Positions 12,941 to 25,915 of a DNA stretch of 64,000 nucleotides are shown piece by piece. Origin of the DNA: Eledone cirrhosa (Eukaryota); NCBI GenBank assembly GCA_964016885.1, contig OZ024740.1, positions 303,242,001 through 303,306,000 on the forward strand, written 5' to 3'. Positions within the stretch are counted from its first letter, which is position 1. Every line of letters begins with the position of its first letter. A program made the position numbers and the translations under genes. Under the pieces are notes generated by a model. The model was not told where the DNA came from and did not search any database. It was given only the letters and a program-made list of their open reading frames with translations.

Positions 12941-15311
12941 TGGTGAATATTGCCATGAGAGCCAAGTATGAAACAATGTTAAACAAATTACTCCTAGATT
13001 ACATAAATGCAATCAGTTATGTCGGGCTGGTTGTTGCGATGAATGTTCCACTCGCCAAGTAAGCATATTTTAATTTTATATTAAAGCTAAGTTGCTTACA
13101 ATCTGGAATAGTTCTAAAATTTGAGAACTGCCATTCTTTCAAGAATCTTTAAGAATGTAGTCTTCTCACCGGGTTTCCATAATGCTTGTTCAATATTTTG
13201 TGAACATCAGTTTAAAAAATATTTGCCTTGTTAACGACTGTGTTAACTAAGACAACGTAGTTTTGAGATATTAGACATTATTAGATGAAAGAAATCAATA
13301 AGAAAGAAGTGATATAATGTATTTGTCATTTAAGATCATAGTTTTATTTATTGTTAAAGCCTCTCACTGTTTTGAGTGGTATGTTATGGAATTTGTTTGA
13401 AATTTCAGTGAAATGGGAATCTTAAACAGACTACTTCAGCCATATTGTTTTCATGGAAAGCATTAAATGTTCTTGATTTCCATTGCTTTCCGATTTCTTT
13501 CTTTTCTACTTTTCTATTTTTCGTTTTGGGTTGTTTTCTTTTCTATACAGGCTTATTTTCAGAGAAACTTGAAGCATTCTTCTATTAAAGTTTCACGTGA
13601 AATTTAAAAAGTCGACGTTCGTATTTCAAAATTTCTTCCTATTTGTAACTATAACCTGAAAATCAAATGGTAATATCAGTGTTAGACGTATTTTAGTTAA
13701 ACAAATTTCATGACAGTTAAACGAACAAATTGCATCGAAACTGCACATTTAATCATATTAAACGATTGCTAACACGATTTACGGGACAAATACGATGAAC
13801 ATGCAATTGTTACAAGTTTTCTGGTAACCTCCATTGCGGTGTGTATGTGTGTGTTGGAACGACCACCAGTTCTGATAACGAGTGTTCTGTTTGAACACTC
13901 TCATCGTGAAATTAATGTGCAATTAACTGATACACATACCTTTTTTATGTAGATTCTCAGGAAGATTCAGCTTCCTACAGAGTATGACAAGGCTGGCGGC
14001 CCTTGAACTACAGGTAAAACTCATTTTACCTGTGGTTCAAACTGGAGCAACAGGGAATAAAGTGTCTTGCTGAACGCGCTGTCGGGAATTGAAGTACTGA
14101 CTATTAAGCCAAGCCACGCACTTTCACGAAGCTATAAGTCTAGATTGAATTACGTATCAATGAAAATGTATTACCATAACACACTTTATTCATATAGGTT
14201 AGTTTTAATAATCTAAGTCTTCAATTAAAATGGATTATACCTTGCATATTTTCCCAAAATTCGTTCCACGGATTTACTTTAAATATTCATGATTTATTTG
14301 ATACATGCTTCTTTTGGGATAAATGGATATACAAGGGTGTGCTGCAACGTTTCTGGCTTGGTCACTGCTACAGAGGCTGTCACAAACGTCACACACATTT
14401 CATCAGCTCATAAACATAAGCAGAAATCTATAAGATTGTGGCTTAATTTAGCCTCAGCAAAAGTAAGGTGATGTGTAGTATTGATGAACGCTAAAGAGCG
14501 AGAAACGATGCATTGTCGATTACTTCCCCTTGCTTTTGCTAAGATTAGGTATGTGACGTTGGTCACAACCTTAAAAATTCATGACGAAAGGCCTTCAAAT
14601 GTTTTTTTATAAACAGTCTATATACTATTCAATATACAATACGTATATTTATATGTATACCGCTATGTAAGATCATCAATACAAATAAAATTATATATTA
14701 CCTTTTGTATATCTTTCATTTGCTCTTGTCACTTTCGAACTAGTTATCGCACTGTTTCAGTAAAGTATTGAGTACACTGTGTACTGTCTGTTAATGATTT
14801 GCTTTAACATCTTTTCTTTTAATACAGTTTATTTTTAATTAGAAAATTCCAAATTCTTCGATATTGATCTTACGACCTTTCATTCATTATTCGATCCATG
14901 TAATAATGAAAGTGCCACCAAGCTATATTTGTCTTCTTCACAATCTTTCCTTGACCATTTTCCAGTATCTTGTTTAATGCAATTAATTATATTGCTGAGC
15001 TAATTAGGGTGAATGAACAATGACTAACCCCCCCCCCCCCCATCCTTTAATATAAAATGTCGATCAACACTATTCTATAAATACAAGCTTCTCATATAGT
15101 TTGGTTGATTTGTTGATAAACATTCGTTGCTAGGTACTAGTTTCCCCGGTATTTCTTCCTCTCTCTCTCCTCAAAGCTTTTCAAATTTGCTTTTCTGCAT
15201 TTTATTTGCTCCTCTCTCTGACCGTTTCCATCGCCCTCCACTGTAATTTCTTACTTCTTCCTCATCTCCCATTAATCAAAATTTATCCTTCAAAAGTTGA
15301 CGTTTCTTTCC

Positions 15312-15344
15312 TTTCTGACGAAGTGTTCCACTTGAAACGTTAAA
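15312..15344 (+). ncRNA. Minimal hammerhead-like motif (PLE-type)
   Basis: TTT-CTGACGA-AGTGTTCCACTT-GAAACGTT-AAA with palindromic AACGTT stem III. Confidence 0.45.
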
Positions 15345-16044
15345 CTTTTCTTCTTCTTCACGACATAAAACACATTTCTGTTTGAATTATTTCTATTAGA
15401 TTTTGCTGACTCAGGATATTACTACTCTTTTCGGGTTCTACTGCTTTATTATGTACCAGTTGCTCAGGTTTTAAAACAAAATATTGAAAACTAAACTAAT
15501 CAGCAATCAATTAACGCTTGAAATAAGAACGTACCCGTCCTTGTTGTTTTTGTTGTTGTTAAGAATTAGAGGGATAGACACTATAACATATTTTTTATAC
15601 TGTTGAGTTTTGTTTTTATTTATTCTAATTTCAAATCCCGCTGATCTCGATAAATATGTGCCAGTAATCCAATATTTAAAATAATTATGTGTTCATCTCA
15701 ATATATGTAAAATTCTTTGTCTCTCGGTCTGTCTGTTTGTTCCTATGCATTCTCTAACTGCTGGACAAAATCAAATCAAATTTTACAAGGTAATATAGTA
15801 TTAGATTTTTGTTTTTAAAATCCACTGTCAACAAATACACCAGGATGTTTTCATTCTGATGACTGAAAGCAAATTTTGTTTGCTTTCAAGAAACCACTGG
15901 TAAATGAAATATTTATCTTATGTTGTTTATTACATAACTATATATATATATATATATAACGGTGGAGTTGTGGTAAGGAACCAGATGGACCATAACGCAC
16001 CAGAGTACTCAATACTTATGGTAGTGGAGTGGGTAATAAGAGAG

Positions 16045-16153
16045 AGTATGACCCCGACGGCAGAGCTCAAGCCGTTTTGACGGCTATTTCTGGACTAAAG
16101 TAAGAGTTTTTTAGTCTGGTAAATAAATAGCCGAACTTATCAAGGGTACTTCC
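16045..16153 (-). ncRNA. Type I hammerhead motif, U3-A8 variant (left pLTR arm), G12A-mutated
   Basis: Reverse complement of the motif above; stem I intact (CCC/GGG) but GAAA reads AAAA. Confidence 0.55.
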
Positions 16154-16874
16154 TTATATGGAAAGATTGTAGTTGTCAAGGGGGTTGCTCAAAAATTGTA
16201 GCGGGCACAGAAAAGTCTATCATGGTAGTGGATGCGGGGTGGGAATGGCTGAACTTGCCTGTAGAACGATAGGGGAGTGGGTAGAGCCGGTCAAGCGTAG
16301 AAGGTGAAATCTACCCGGCAAATTCTAAGGAATGTGTATGAAAGTAGGCCAGAGGGAATAGCGAAAAAGGTATCTTTAGAGAATGGAGGAGGGACGTTAT
16401 AGAAATAGTAAATCAAAAGCGATTAAGGGACAAAGAAGAAATATAATAAAAAATGAGAGAAAGATGCAACAGAAAGTAAGATTGGAAAGTGAGAAGAGAA
16501 ATGAGCAGTCTAACACAACTGCTATATTTGGGCCTAAGCTACAGAATGAGTTGCTAGATGAGAATAATTGAAAAATTTAGAAATAAAAATTAAAAATTAA
16601 AAATTAATACCACATATCTGGGGTTTAACACAGCTGCTAGGAATAGTTAGTATAGCGTAATCGGCGAATGCTATCTGTAAGTTACTGGGATGGGGGTACT
16701 GGGGCTAAATAGGCCCGATGGGCTGCCTCGGGGTAGGCGAAAGGGAAAAAAACAAAGAAACGAACGAAGAAGAAGTTCGGTGATGGAAAGAAGTGATAGG
16801 GCGAGACAAAGGGAAGAAGAAAACATGGAAGAAAAGAAAAGAGATGCATCTACCTATATCAGTAGGGGTTTACC

Positions 16875-19027
16875 CTATATTATTCGGCAAGTGGGGGGGT
16901 TTCGCCCTGGTCTACGTACCAGGATCGTTAGGGGGTTTGAGGCGAGGTAATTCTTCCGCAATCTGTGTTTGCATGCAGTTACCAGTTCATCTTTTTTTGT
17001 TTAGGAGTTGACCCTTCGTGAACAGCATTTGTAATGTTTCCTCCGAGCATAAGTTACACGGACGGCGTCCTCCCGTGTAAGAGTTAGCTCTGGACAGTAA
17101 TCTCCAAGTAAGATGGTAAGTTATATTATTACCTTGGAGGTCCCAGATATGGCCCGAAAGTGTGGTGGCATGTCGCCGGACCGGGTTCCGGAACGTATGT
17201 CGGTGTTGGTAGAGCCGGATCTTAAAGTCACAAGCGGTTAATCCTATATAAGCCTTTTTTGAGGTATCCGTCCTCACGTTGCACTGGTTGATAACGTTAC
17301 GTTCTCGGCATCTGTTGTTGAGGGGGCACGTAGATCCATCGGGGCAGTTACACCTCCTGGTCGGCTCTCCACTAATTTCCAGGTTGTTTCTTCCATAGAG
17401 GTTGAGTTTTTTTATTGTTTGAGGAGGTGATGTTTTGTGCGAAGTTGGGTTCTGGTGCTGTAGGATAGCTTGATACTGTTTTTGTTGATTATGTTGTGGT
17501 AGCGGTGTTGTGGTGGAAAGTGTTTTTCGAGGAGCCTAAAGAAGATTCTCCCGATAGGTGTTGCCACCTCGGCATTGTGGGGAGGATTGAACCACGTTAC
17601 GTGGCGTTAGCGGCGGCGTCGCCTGCTGGTTCCGCTAAGGGAAGCTGGATAAAAGGATATTTCCTCCCGGAAGCCACTCCGCTTGAGGGCCTGGTTGTAA
17701 TGAGGTGCATGTTCGTCGAATATCTGCTCATTAGCGGACAAACGAGATATGCGGAGGGAGATATTTTAAACCAGATTATTGGTGATGTTTCTAGGGTGGT
17801 TGTCGTTTGGTTTCCTGTATGGGTAGTACAGATCATTTTCGAGGTTGAGGGTAAGGTCCAGGAAATTTACTCGGGTTAGGGACGTTTGTAGCGTGATTTT
17901 AAATCCCCAGTTCCGGAAGAAGTTGATAAGTTGTTTACGGACCCGGTCTGTACTACTGGGGTTGTACCCTTTGAGGGTAAGGAGCCCATTGTCTCGGTAC
18001 AATCCACCGCCGAATGCGGGAAACATATCGGTGAGTTTAGATAGTAGGAATAATCCTATATGGTTGGTGACCTCGGCCGAATCGGTCGCGCCCATGCTGA
18101 CGTCGAAGTGGGAGTAGGGAGCTCTCTTTATCCACTTGGAGTTGTCGAAAAGTAGGACTGTCTTCCTAGCGTGGAGAATGATATTTATTTCCTGGTCGGT
18201 GATGGGCGCGAGTGTTTCGGCAAAGTCCAAGGCGGCCCTAAGGAGCGGTAAGGTAATAGATGCATAGTAACTCTCTATGTCAAATTGGATGAATTTTGTG
18301 TCCCGTTTGTCCTTTTTATTCCTGAACCATGAAATTACTTCCTGGGTGCTAACCCATAGGCTAAGTCTCGCGTTTTGCTTAACTTTTGGTATAACGCAGT
18401 CTAGGATTTTTTTACTGATTCTCCCTATATCCGACTTCGTCGGATTTATAAGCCTGATGGATGGTTTGCGGTCGAAGTCGGATTTGTGGTCCTCCAGAGT
18501 GAAGTAGGGAGTCCGTGGGTCGAGGGCTTCGGTGCGGTCTGCGACCCCGAGGCTAGAGGTAATTTGTTGTCCCTCTAGATAATTGAGTGGTTAGCCTTTT
18601 TATAGGTGGAGTTTAGGCTGCTCCTGATCAGTGTGTGGTATCTGTCCGGGTTGACGAAATAGATGTTTCCAGTTTTGTCCGAGTGCACCAGGATGTCGTT
18701 GGTGATTTCATACTCCGTTATTTTGCTACGGAGTTGTTGTAGGAATCGTTTGTGTCTGGGTTTAAATTTAATACCCTTGACCAGTTGGAAAAGGTCGTTC
18801 TCGAAGGGTGAGAGCATAGGGTTCGGTGGGGGAGATTTGTAGGTAATGAATCCGAATCTCTCCTTGGTGTCGAAGTCCTGGTTGTCACGGTATCTATCAT
18901 AGAAAAAAGTTCTCCATCTTAGTCTTTTCGCAAAAAGGTCGATTTTTTGCGTGAGCATCCGGAGGTAAAGTTTTCTCGGTGGAATAGGGATGTTCTTGGT
19001 GGAGAAGTCGATATTGTGTTTTCGCAT
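16875..19027 (-). pseudogene. Disrupted RT-GIY-YIG ORF of the Naiad-type PLE
   Basis: MRKHNIDFSTKNIPIP; TLEDHK..F..KPSIRLINPTKSDIGRISK; FDIESYYASI; FDVSMGATDSAE; GLYRDNGL (catalytic DD to DN, ~17985-17999); VNFLDLTL; WFNPP; KHFP; CNC-x5-CPL-x3-C; YIGLT; CNLC..E; LLNKK..ELVTACKH. Frameshifts near 18575 and 16990, in-frame stops at ~17766 and ~17627. Confidence 0.9.
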
Positions 19028-19665
19028 GGTGCGGGTAAAGAAACTTGAGCTGGATGGAAAAGTCAGGTTGTGGCGTGGTAGGGTCGGAAAGTGCTCTACA
19101 ACTGGGGTAGGAGCTAGATAACGGAGGAGTTGTATATATATATATATATATACATTTCTAAATGTTTCAATTATTCTCATCTAGCAATTCATTCTGTGGC
19201 TTAGGCCGAAATATAGCAGCTGTATTAGACTGCTCATTTCTCTTTTCACTTTCCAATCTTACTTTCTGTTGCATCTTTCTCTTCTCACTTTCATCTTATT
19301 TCTCTTCTCACTTTCCAATCTTACTTTCTGTTGCATCTTTCTCTCATTTTTTATTATATTCCTTCTTTTTTATTATATTTCTTCTTTGTCCCATAATCGC
19401 TTTTGATTTACTATTTCTATAACGTCCCTCCTCCATTCTCTAAAGATACCTTTTTCGCTATTCCCTCTGGCCTACTTTCATACATATTCCTTAGAATTTT
19501 CCGGGCAGATTTCACTTTCTACGCTTGACCGGCTCTACCCACTCCCCTATCGTTCTACAGGCAAGTTCAGCCATCCACACCCCGCACCCACTGCCGTGAT
19601 AGACTTTTCTGTGCCCGCTACAATTTTTGACCAACCCCCTTGACAACTACAATCTTTCCATATAA

Positions 19666-19775
19666 GGAAGTACCCTTGATAAGTTCGGCTATTTATTTAC
19701 CAGACTAAAAAAACTCTTACTTTAGTCCAGAAATAGCCGTCGAAACGGCTTGAGCTCTGCCGTCGAAGTCATACT
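19666..19775 (+). ncRNA. Type I hammerhead ribozyme motif, U3-A8 core variant (right pLTR arm)
   Basis: ACCC-TTGATAA(19676-82)-stem II CGGCTATTT/AAATAGCCG with inner GACTAAA/TTTAGTC-GAAA(19742-45)-stem III ACGGC/GCCGT with GAGCTC palindrome in loop-GTC (19762-64). Stem I 3' strand degenerate (GAAG). Confidence 0.65.
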
Positions 19776-19779
19776 CTCT

Positions 19780-19856
<77 letters not shown>

Positions 19857-20007
19857 GAGTCGATCGACTTTCTTCAGATCGAACTGAGAAAATAATGTGT
19901 CCATTGGTCTTTCCAATTGCTAATACTATCTATCGGTCGTAGCTCCAGGCAGAAGAAACAACGAGAAATAAAGTGTCTTGCTCAAGGACATAACACATTA
20001 TACGATA

Positions 20008-20068
<61 letters not shown>

Positions 20069-20305
20069 ATAATAAGAAACGAACAGACAAGAGAATGCAT
20101 CAACATAAAGTCGTATTAGTTTCACGCTTAAAAGAGTGTGAATTACAAAGTCAATATATATATATGTGTGTGTGTACATATACATATGTATATATGTGTG
20201 TTTCTGTGTATATTGTGTATGTATTTATGTGTGTGTTGTTCATGTGTGTGTGTGTGCGTGTGTGTGTATGTGTGTGTGTGTATGTGTATGTGTGTGTGTG
20301 TTGTG

Positions 20306-20343
<38 letters not shown>

Positions 20344-21156
20344 TGTGTGTGTATGTGTGTGTGTGTGTATGTGTGTGTGTGTTGATGCTCATGTGTAAAG
20401 TTGTGCAGCTATTTTTGTCTCTATTTACCCCATGAAAAGAATTTTCCAAAAGAAATGAGAATTCTATTTTCCAGAAGAATTTCCCCAAATTTTTGGGGTC
20501 ATTTTGTAGTATTTTGTCGTTAGTTGCTCATCTTCTAATACAATGGCAACCATTGTTGAATCCATACCACTAAACATTGACATAGCAATTCTATTGTTTA
20601 CCTGCCACTTTGATATGTTCGTTTTTGACCATATTTTAGGAGATATTGTTCTTTATAACTTATATAATCTTTTGCTATTATCATTTGTTCTATTTCTTTT
20701 GTATATTCAGTGTATGTAATCTCCTACAACTTCATTTCAACTTTGAATTCTCTTGCTTCTTTCTAAATCATGTATATTTGTTCCCCGGTATTCGCGGAGG
20801 TTACGTTCCTAGAGCACCCGCGAATATTGGACGTGGTCCATAAAAATGCCTATAAACGTCAAAACATAGCGTCAAATATAGGCCGGCAAATACGGTATAT
20901 TGTTATTAATAGTTTAGCGTTAAAAAGCGTGAAAAAATATATATTGCCACGATAAAAGCCATTAAAAAAATCTCGGAATATATCTACGATTCCGCGAATA
21001 TGCGGTGGTTTCCAAGAACAATTGTTAGTTAGGTTCTGAGTGAAATTCCGCGAATTAACGGAACCGCAAATGCCGGTGGGTACACTGTATAGCCTCTTGT
21101 TTTTTTTATTGTTGACAATAAGCAGCAGTTATTCTTTACTCCTTTTATGTTATCTA

Positions 21157-21546
21157 TCTATATAATACTAAACCTCTGTGATTGCTTGCTTGCTTGTCTG
21201 TAATGTAATACAGCCAAAAGGGCGCATAATAGGAAAATATTTTGCAAGGAGGTTGACCCTGAAATGGGAATAGAAATGGAATAAAACAAGTTTCGCGTAA
21301 ACCGGACCACGGTTTCCCGAGATATGGGGTTTTTCTGGGTACCTTCATAAAGAGAGAGAAAGAGAGAGAGGAAGAGATAGAGTTGTGACAAAGTAAATTG
21401 AGAAAGAGCGACATAGAGAGGGGAAGATGAGACAGAGAGCCGGTGGTGTTGTTGTGTATGTATATATATATGTAAGTGTGTGTGCATATATATATATGTT
21501 TGTGTGTGTGTGTGTCTATTATCAGTGCATATAGATCACAGATACC

Positions 21547-21620
<74 letters not shown>

Positions 21621-21811
21621 CATATATATATGTATATACACACACATTTATATATATATATATACATACACACACGTATATATATGGGCCTTCCAGTTTC
21701 ATTTCACATTATATACATGTCTGTATATACTTTAATTATTTTAAAATTATTTTTAAGTGAACGTGGCCCAACGGGTCACGGGTGGTCTAGTATACTGCTA
21801 AAACTCTGTGA

Positions 21812-21851
<40 letters not shown>

Positions 21852-22139
21852 CTGTAATGTAATACAGCCAAAAGGGCGCATAATGGGAAAATACTTTGAA
21901 AGAAAGTTGATCCTGAAATGGGAATACAAATGGAATAAAACAAGTTTCGTGTAAATCGGAGCAATTGTTCCCGAGATATGGTGTTTTTCTGAGTACCTTT
22001 ATAAACAGAGAGAGTGAGAGAAAGATAGATAGAAATAGTCGTTGTTGTTGTCGTTGTGAGAGAGTAGATTGAAAGAGAGACATAGAGAGAGGGAAAGGAG
22101 ACACAGAAGGAGAATGAAAGAGAGAGCTGGTGGTTTTGT

Positions 22140-22228
<89 letters not shown>

Positions 22229-22330
22229 GAGTATGTGTGCGTGTATATATATATATGTGTATGTATATGTGTGTGTGTGTGTCTATGACCAGTGTATATA
22301 GATCACAGACACCCACATTTATATATATAT

Positions 22331-22414
<84 letters not shown>

Positions 22415-22789
22415 TCATATATATACATACACACACGTATATATATGGGCCTTCCAGTTTCATTTCACATTATATACATGTCTGTGTATATTTTAATTAT
22501 TTAAAAATTATTTTTAAGTGAACATGATTTTTGTTTTATATTTTATAGTGATAGTGACCCAACGGGTCACGGGTGGTCTACTAAAACTCTGTGATTGTGT
22601 GCTTCTCTCTAATTTAAAACAGCAAAAACGGCGCATAATGGGAAAATACTTTAAAGGAAGTTGCCCCTGAAATAGGAATACAAATGGAATAAAACAAGTT
22701 TCGCGTAAATCGGAGCACGGTTTCCCGAGATACGGGTTTTTTTCGGGTACCTTCATAAATAGTCAACAGCTCCGTGATAACCAGTAACC

Positions 22790-22821
<32 letters not shown>

Positions 22822-22957
22822 CATAACCCTCTCTTTCTATTTATTAAAACCCTCTCTATATATATATTATAACCCTTTCCCTTTCTATATATTATAACCC
22901 TCTCTCTCTATATATATATATATGACTTGACTAAGCGTGACGTCGCGGGTGGTTTAG
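21157..22957 (+). mobile_element. Head-to-tail array of three non-autonomous Helitron-like units
   Basis: A|TCTATATAATACTAAA 5' end; internal (TTGC)n; 3' hairpin CGTGGCCC-AAC-GGGTCACG followed by GGTGGTCTAG|T (21762-21790), repeated at 22554-22580; degenerate end GGTGGTTTAG|T at ~22957. Units share the body CTCTGTGATTG...GGAATAAAACAAGTTTCG. Confidence 0.7.
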
Positions 22958-23709
22958 TTTAACCTAACGGCGGCGAATTGGCTGAGTCGTTAGAACGTCG
23001 GATAAAGTGTTTTATGTTATTCATCCGTGCTCTCTGAGTTCAAATTCCACCGAGGTCAACTTTGCTTTTCTTCCTTTCGAGGACGACGACGGCGACGGCG
23101 ACGACTTATGCTTCGGAAGGGAACTTTCTAGGTGCAAATCCCATGGTTATTCGTGACTGAAGTGGGGTCTTTACCCTTTTTATATATCAGAAAAATATAC
23201 ATTAATGACAATGAAATAACGAAGAGAATCGAAAAACAACATGAACATGTTAAAGAATATATTAATTTATTTGTAAAATATGATTGCTTCTTGTCTCATA
23301 ATATATTGCAAATGTTTGCAAATGTTTGCAAATGTTCGCACTAATGATTGATAATTCACCATGTAACAGAATACACCATACCAACGGAACAGAGGTTAAA
23401 TCAACACCAGCTAGATTCAGTCTATCAAAAAAGGAGAAGCACTATAAATGAAAAGTGCGTCATTCTGCCTCGGGCTAAAGAGGTGATGCGTTCTTTGAAT
23501 TTGACGCTTTAAAAAATACGAAAATTAAGCGTGAAAAATCTCTGCGCGTTAGATAAATATAAGCTTTTGTTGTCGTTTTTTGGTTTTCATTTCTAAAACT
23601 TTATTTCTTTATGGCAGTATATTTTATATGTAATTTTATTAACAGTTGTATAAATAACACTACAAATTGTTCTTAATTCTTTTGGAATGAAAATATATAC
23701 ACATATAAT

Positions 23710-23891
23710 TGTTTCTACTTTTGGCACAAGGCCAGCAATTATCCCAGTGTATTACTGGCATTTTATTTTATCGACCCGGTAAGGATGAAAGGCAAAGTTA
23801 ACCTCGGCGGGATTTGAACTCAGACCATAAAGGGCCGTAACTCTTTGCTGCAAAGCATGGCGTCCGACCCTCTACCGATACTGCCAATCCA
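23710..23891 (-). mobile_element. SINE family A
   Basis: Near full length; imperfect TSD ACACAT(AT)AAT. Confidence 0.85.
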
Positions 23892-24504
23892 ACACATAAT
23901 AAATACAATTAACTATTGCTAGGAACCTTACAAATACAACGCCCTAAAATACACGATCAAAGCGAGTAAAAGGAAAAAGAGGGGTGGGGAACAAAAACAA
24001 AAACCACCGTCAATTCACCACCAAGTGCGTACATACATCACAAGGGTCAACGAAACTTTTTAAGCTTGTAACTGATGAAAATAACAGTCTAATTAAAAGA
24101 TAGTTATCTATTCCTCAAATCCTTCAAATAAAACAGGAAAGGCATAAATGGACAGAAGGTTTTTTTGTTTTTTTTTCTATTTTTCTGTTATACTCTACCG
24201 AAAACAAAGAAAATGATTCTGTTTTTAAAGTATATTTGGATCCCAACAGATTAACGAAATGATATCAAGTATAGAAATAGAATACTTAAAAGAAAGAACA
24301 TATAACCGAAACACAAAGAATGATCATAACAATTAGATAACAATTATGCAAACAACAAAAATTAAATTTGAAAGCATTATGAACTCGAAGATGGAACTTA
24401 TAACTTAAACAAAGTACATAAGAAAACACAAAATCAAACACTAATAGTTACAAAAGCCGGACCAAAACGAAACAGATGAAAATAATACTAAAAGTAGAAT
24501 ATAA

Positions 24505-24830
24505 GAAACAAGCGGCAACCTGGTGCAGTCTGCGACTAATCCAGGTTCTGCTGCACTTTGGGTCGAAGAAGGTAAACTCTCCAAATATCGGTCGTTCTCC
24601 CACAGGTTTGCGGTCGAGCCCGTAGCAGTAGAGACTTCTTGTGTCCTTGGCCCTAGGACCACCTCCCTACTCACCACCATCGGCACGGAGTTGGCTATCA
24701 GCAGGAGTGAGCCTCGCCAGTTGGAATGGTTCTTTCAACGCGTCACCTTCATCAACCCCCGGGGAAACGCCTTCTCTATTCTGTCCGCCGGGACCACGGG
24801 TCGGCCAGGACGTGGGCTCCCGTTTCCTTA
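24505..24830 (+). mobile_element. CRE-like 3' fragment (second copy)
   Basis: GSAALWVEEGKLSKY...FAVEPVAVETSCVLGP...FQRVT...RGNAFSILS; homologous to 9290-9680. Confidence 0.65.
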
Positions 24831-25044
24831 TAATAGTGAGACATGGGGAGAGCAAGAGTGACGGAGGCTGTGAGTGAAAGAGAGAGAACATCAACGCACA
24901 CACGCACTTGATAAGAGAACAATAGATGTTATATACAGTGTATTTGTGTTGTAATTAGGAACATACTATTTAATAATGAAAATTTATAATTATGGAAATT
25001 TTGAATAAGACATTAACCTGAAGTTGGGATGAATGTAAAAAAAA

Positions 25045-25358
25045 GACTGGCACTCCGTTAGTTACGACGATGAGTGTTTCAGCTGATCCGATCAGTGGAA
25101 CAGCCTGCTTGTGAAATTAACGTGCATGTGACTGAGCATTCCAAAGACACGCGTACCCTTAACTTAGTCCTCATGGAGATTCGGCGTGACACAAAATGTG
25201 ACAAGACTGGTCTTTCGAATTACAGATACAACTTATTTCCGCTAGCTGTGTGGACAGGAGCAACGTGGAATAAATTGGCTTACTCAAGAACACAACGCGC
25301 CGCCGAGAATCGAACTCACGATCAAATGATCTTACGATTGTGAGTCAAATACCCTAAC
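25045..25358 (-). mobile_element. tRNA-derived SINE family B
   Basis: GTTACGACGATGAG...GGAACAGCCTGC...GTGACACA.AATGTGACAAG...ATCGAACTC; homologs at ~13850-14125, 31140-31310 (opposite strand), 40635-40800, 51588-51900. Confidence 0.75.
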
Positions 25359-25639
25359 AAAGTGGGAAGGACGTAATTAAAGAATTAAAACCTATTGAAG
25401 ATCTTTCTACTGAAAAACGAAAGATCCCCCAAAGGAGAAAACTTAACGATAAAATGACATCAGCAATAGAAATGTAAATTTGGCCCTGGTAGACCTTAAT
25501 AAAAACAGACACAACCATCAACATTGCCAGGATAAACGAAATAAAATACGCTGAGGCCACAGTTATCACAGCAAAATGGCTACTCCCTCAGATCTGTAAT
25601 ATATGAAGGAGTCGTAGGGACTCCGAATTGACATATAGA

Positions 25640-25915
25640 GTCTCTAGAGCATTTTAAAACCTGGCGGAGCCCATCTCCTCTCCAGGTCTGAATATAGCTG
25701 ATTTCTTCCCGAAAAGGATAGAGAGTAAGAGAGATATATAGATATAGAGGAAGAATCAACTCCGGTACTTGATTGGTGCCTTTTTTATCGACCTTCAATG
25801 GATGAAAGACAAAGTTGACCTCGGTAGGATTTGAACTCAGAGAGTAGAAAGCCGGAACGAATACCGCAAAGCATTCTATCCGACGTTTTAACGACTCTGC
25901 TAATTCTCGGCCTTA
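25640..25915 (-). mobile_element. SINE A-related variant with alternative 3' tail
   Basis: Head/body like family A, tail GAAGAAATC...CAGACCTGGAGAGGAGATGGGCTCCGCCAGG shared with 28135-28365(+); related copy ~29550-29890. Confidence 0.65.

Larger units (their letters stand above)
15960..19781 (-). mobile_element. Penelope-like retroelement (Naiad-type), near full length, with inverted pLTR arms, embedded in (TA)n
   Basis: RT+GIY-YIG reading frame on minus strand; 16040-16584 is the reverse complement of 19154-19780; (TA)n at ~15939-15958, ~19133-19152 and ~19782-19852. Confidence 0.9.

Noticed and set aside
15853-15890. Hammerhead CTGATGA-CT-GAAA
   Set aside because: Only 2 nt for stem II and no stem I; better explained as a simple hairpin.
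16875-19027. Selenoprotein recoding (UGA + SECIS) as reported for some Naiad elements
   Set aside because: Conserved Cys positions I could read are TGC/TGT; the internal stops are TAA/TAG and the TGA at 16987 arises from a 1-nt frameshift in an A run. No convincing SECIS seen.
16875-19027. Active retrotransposon ORF
   Set aside because: YRDN instead of YRDD, a deletion after KPND, frameshifts and in-frame stops.
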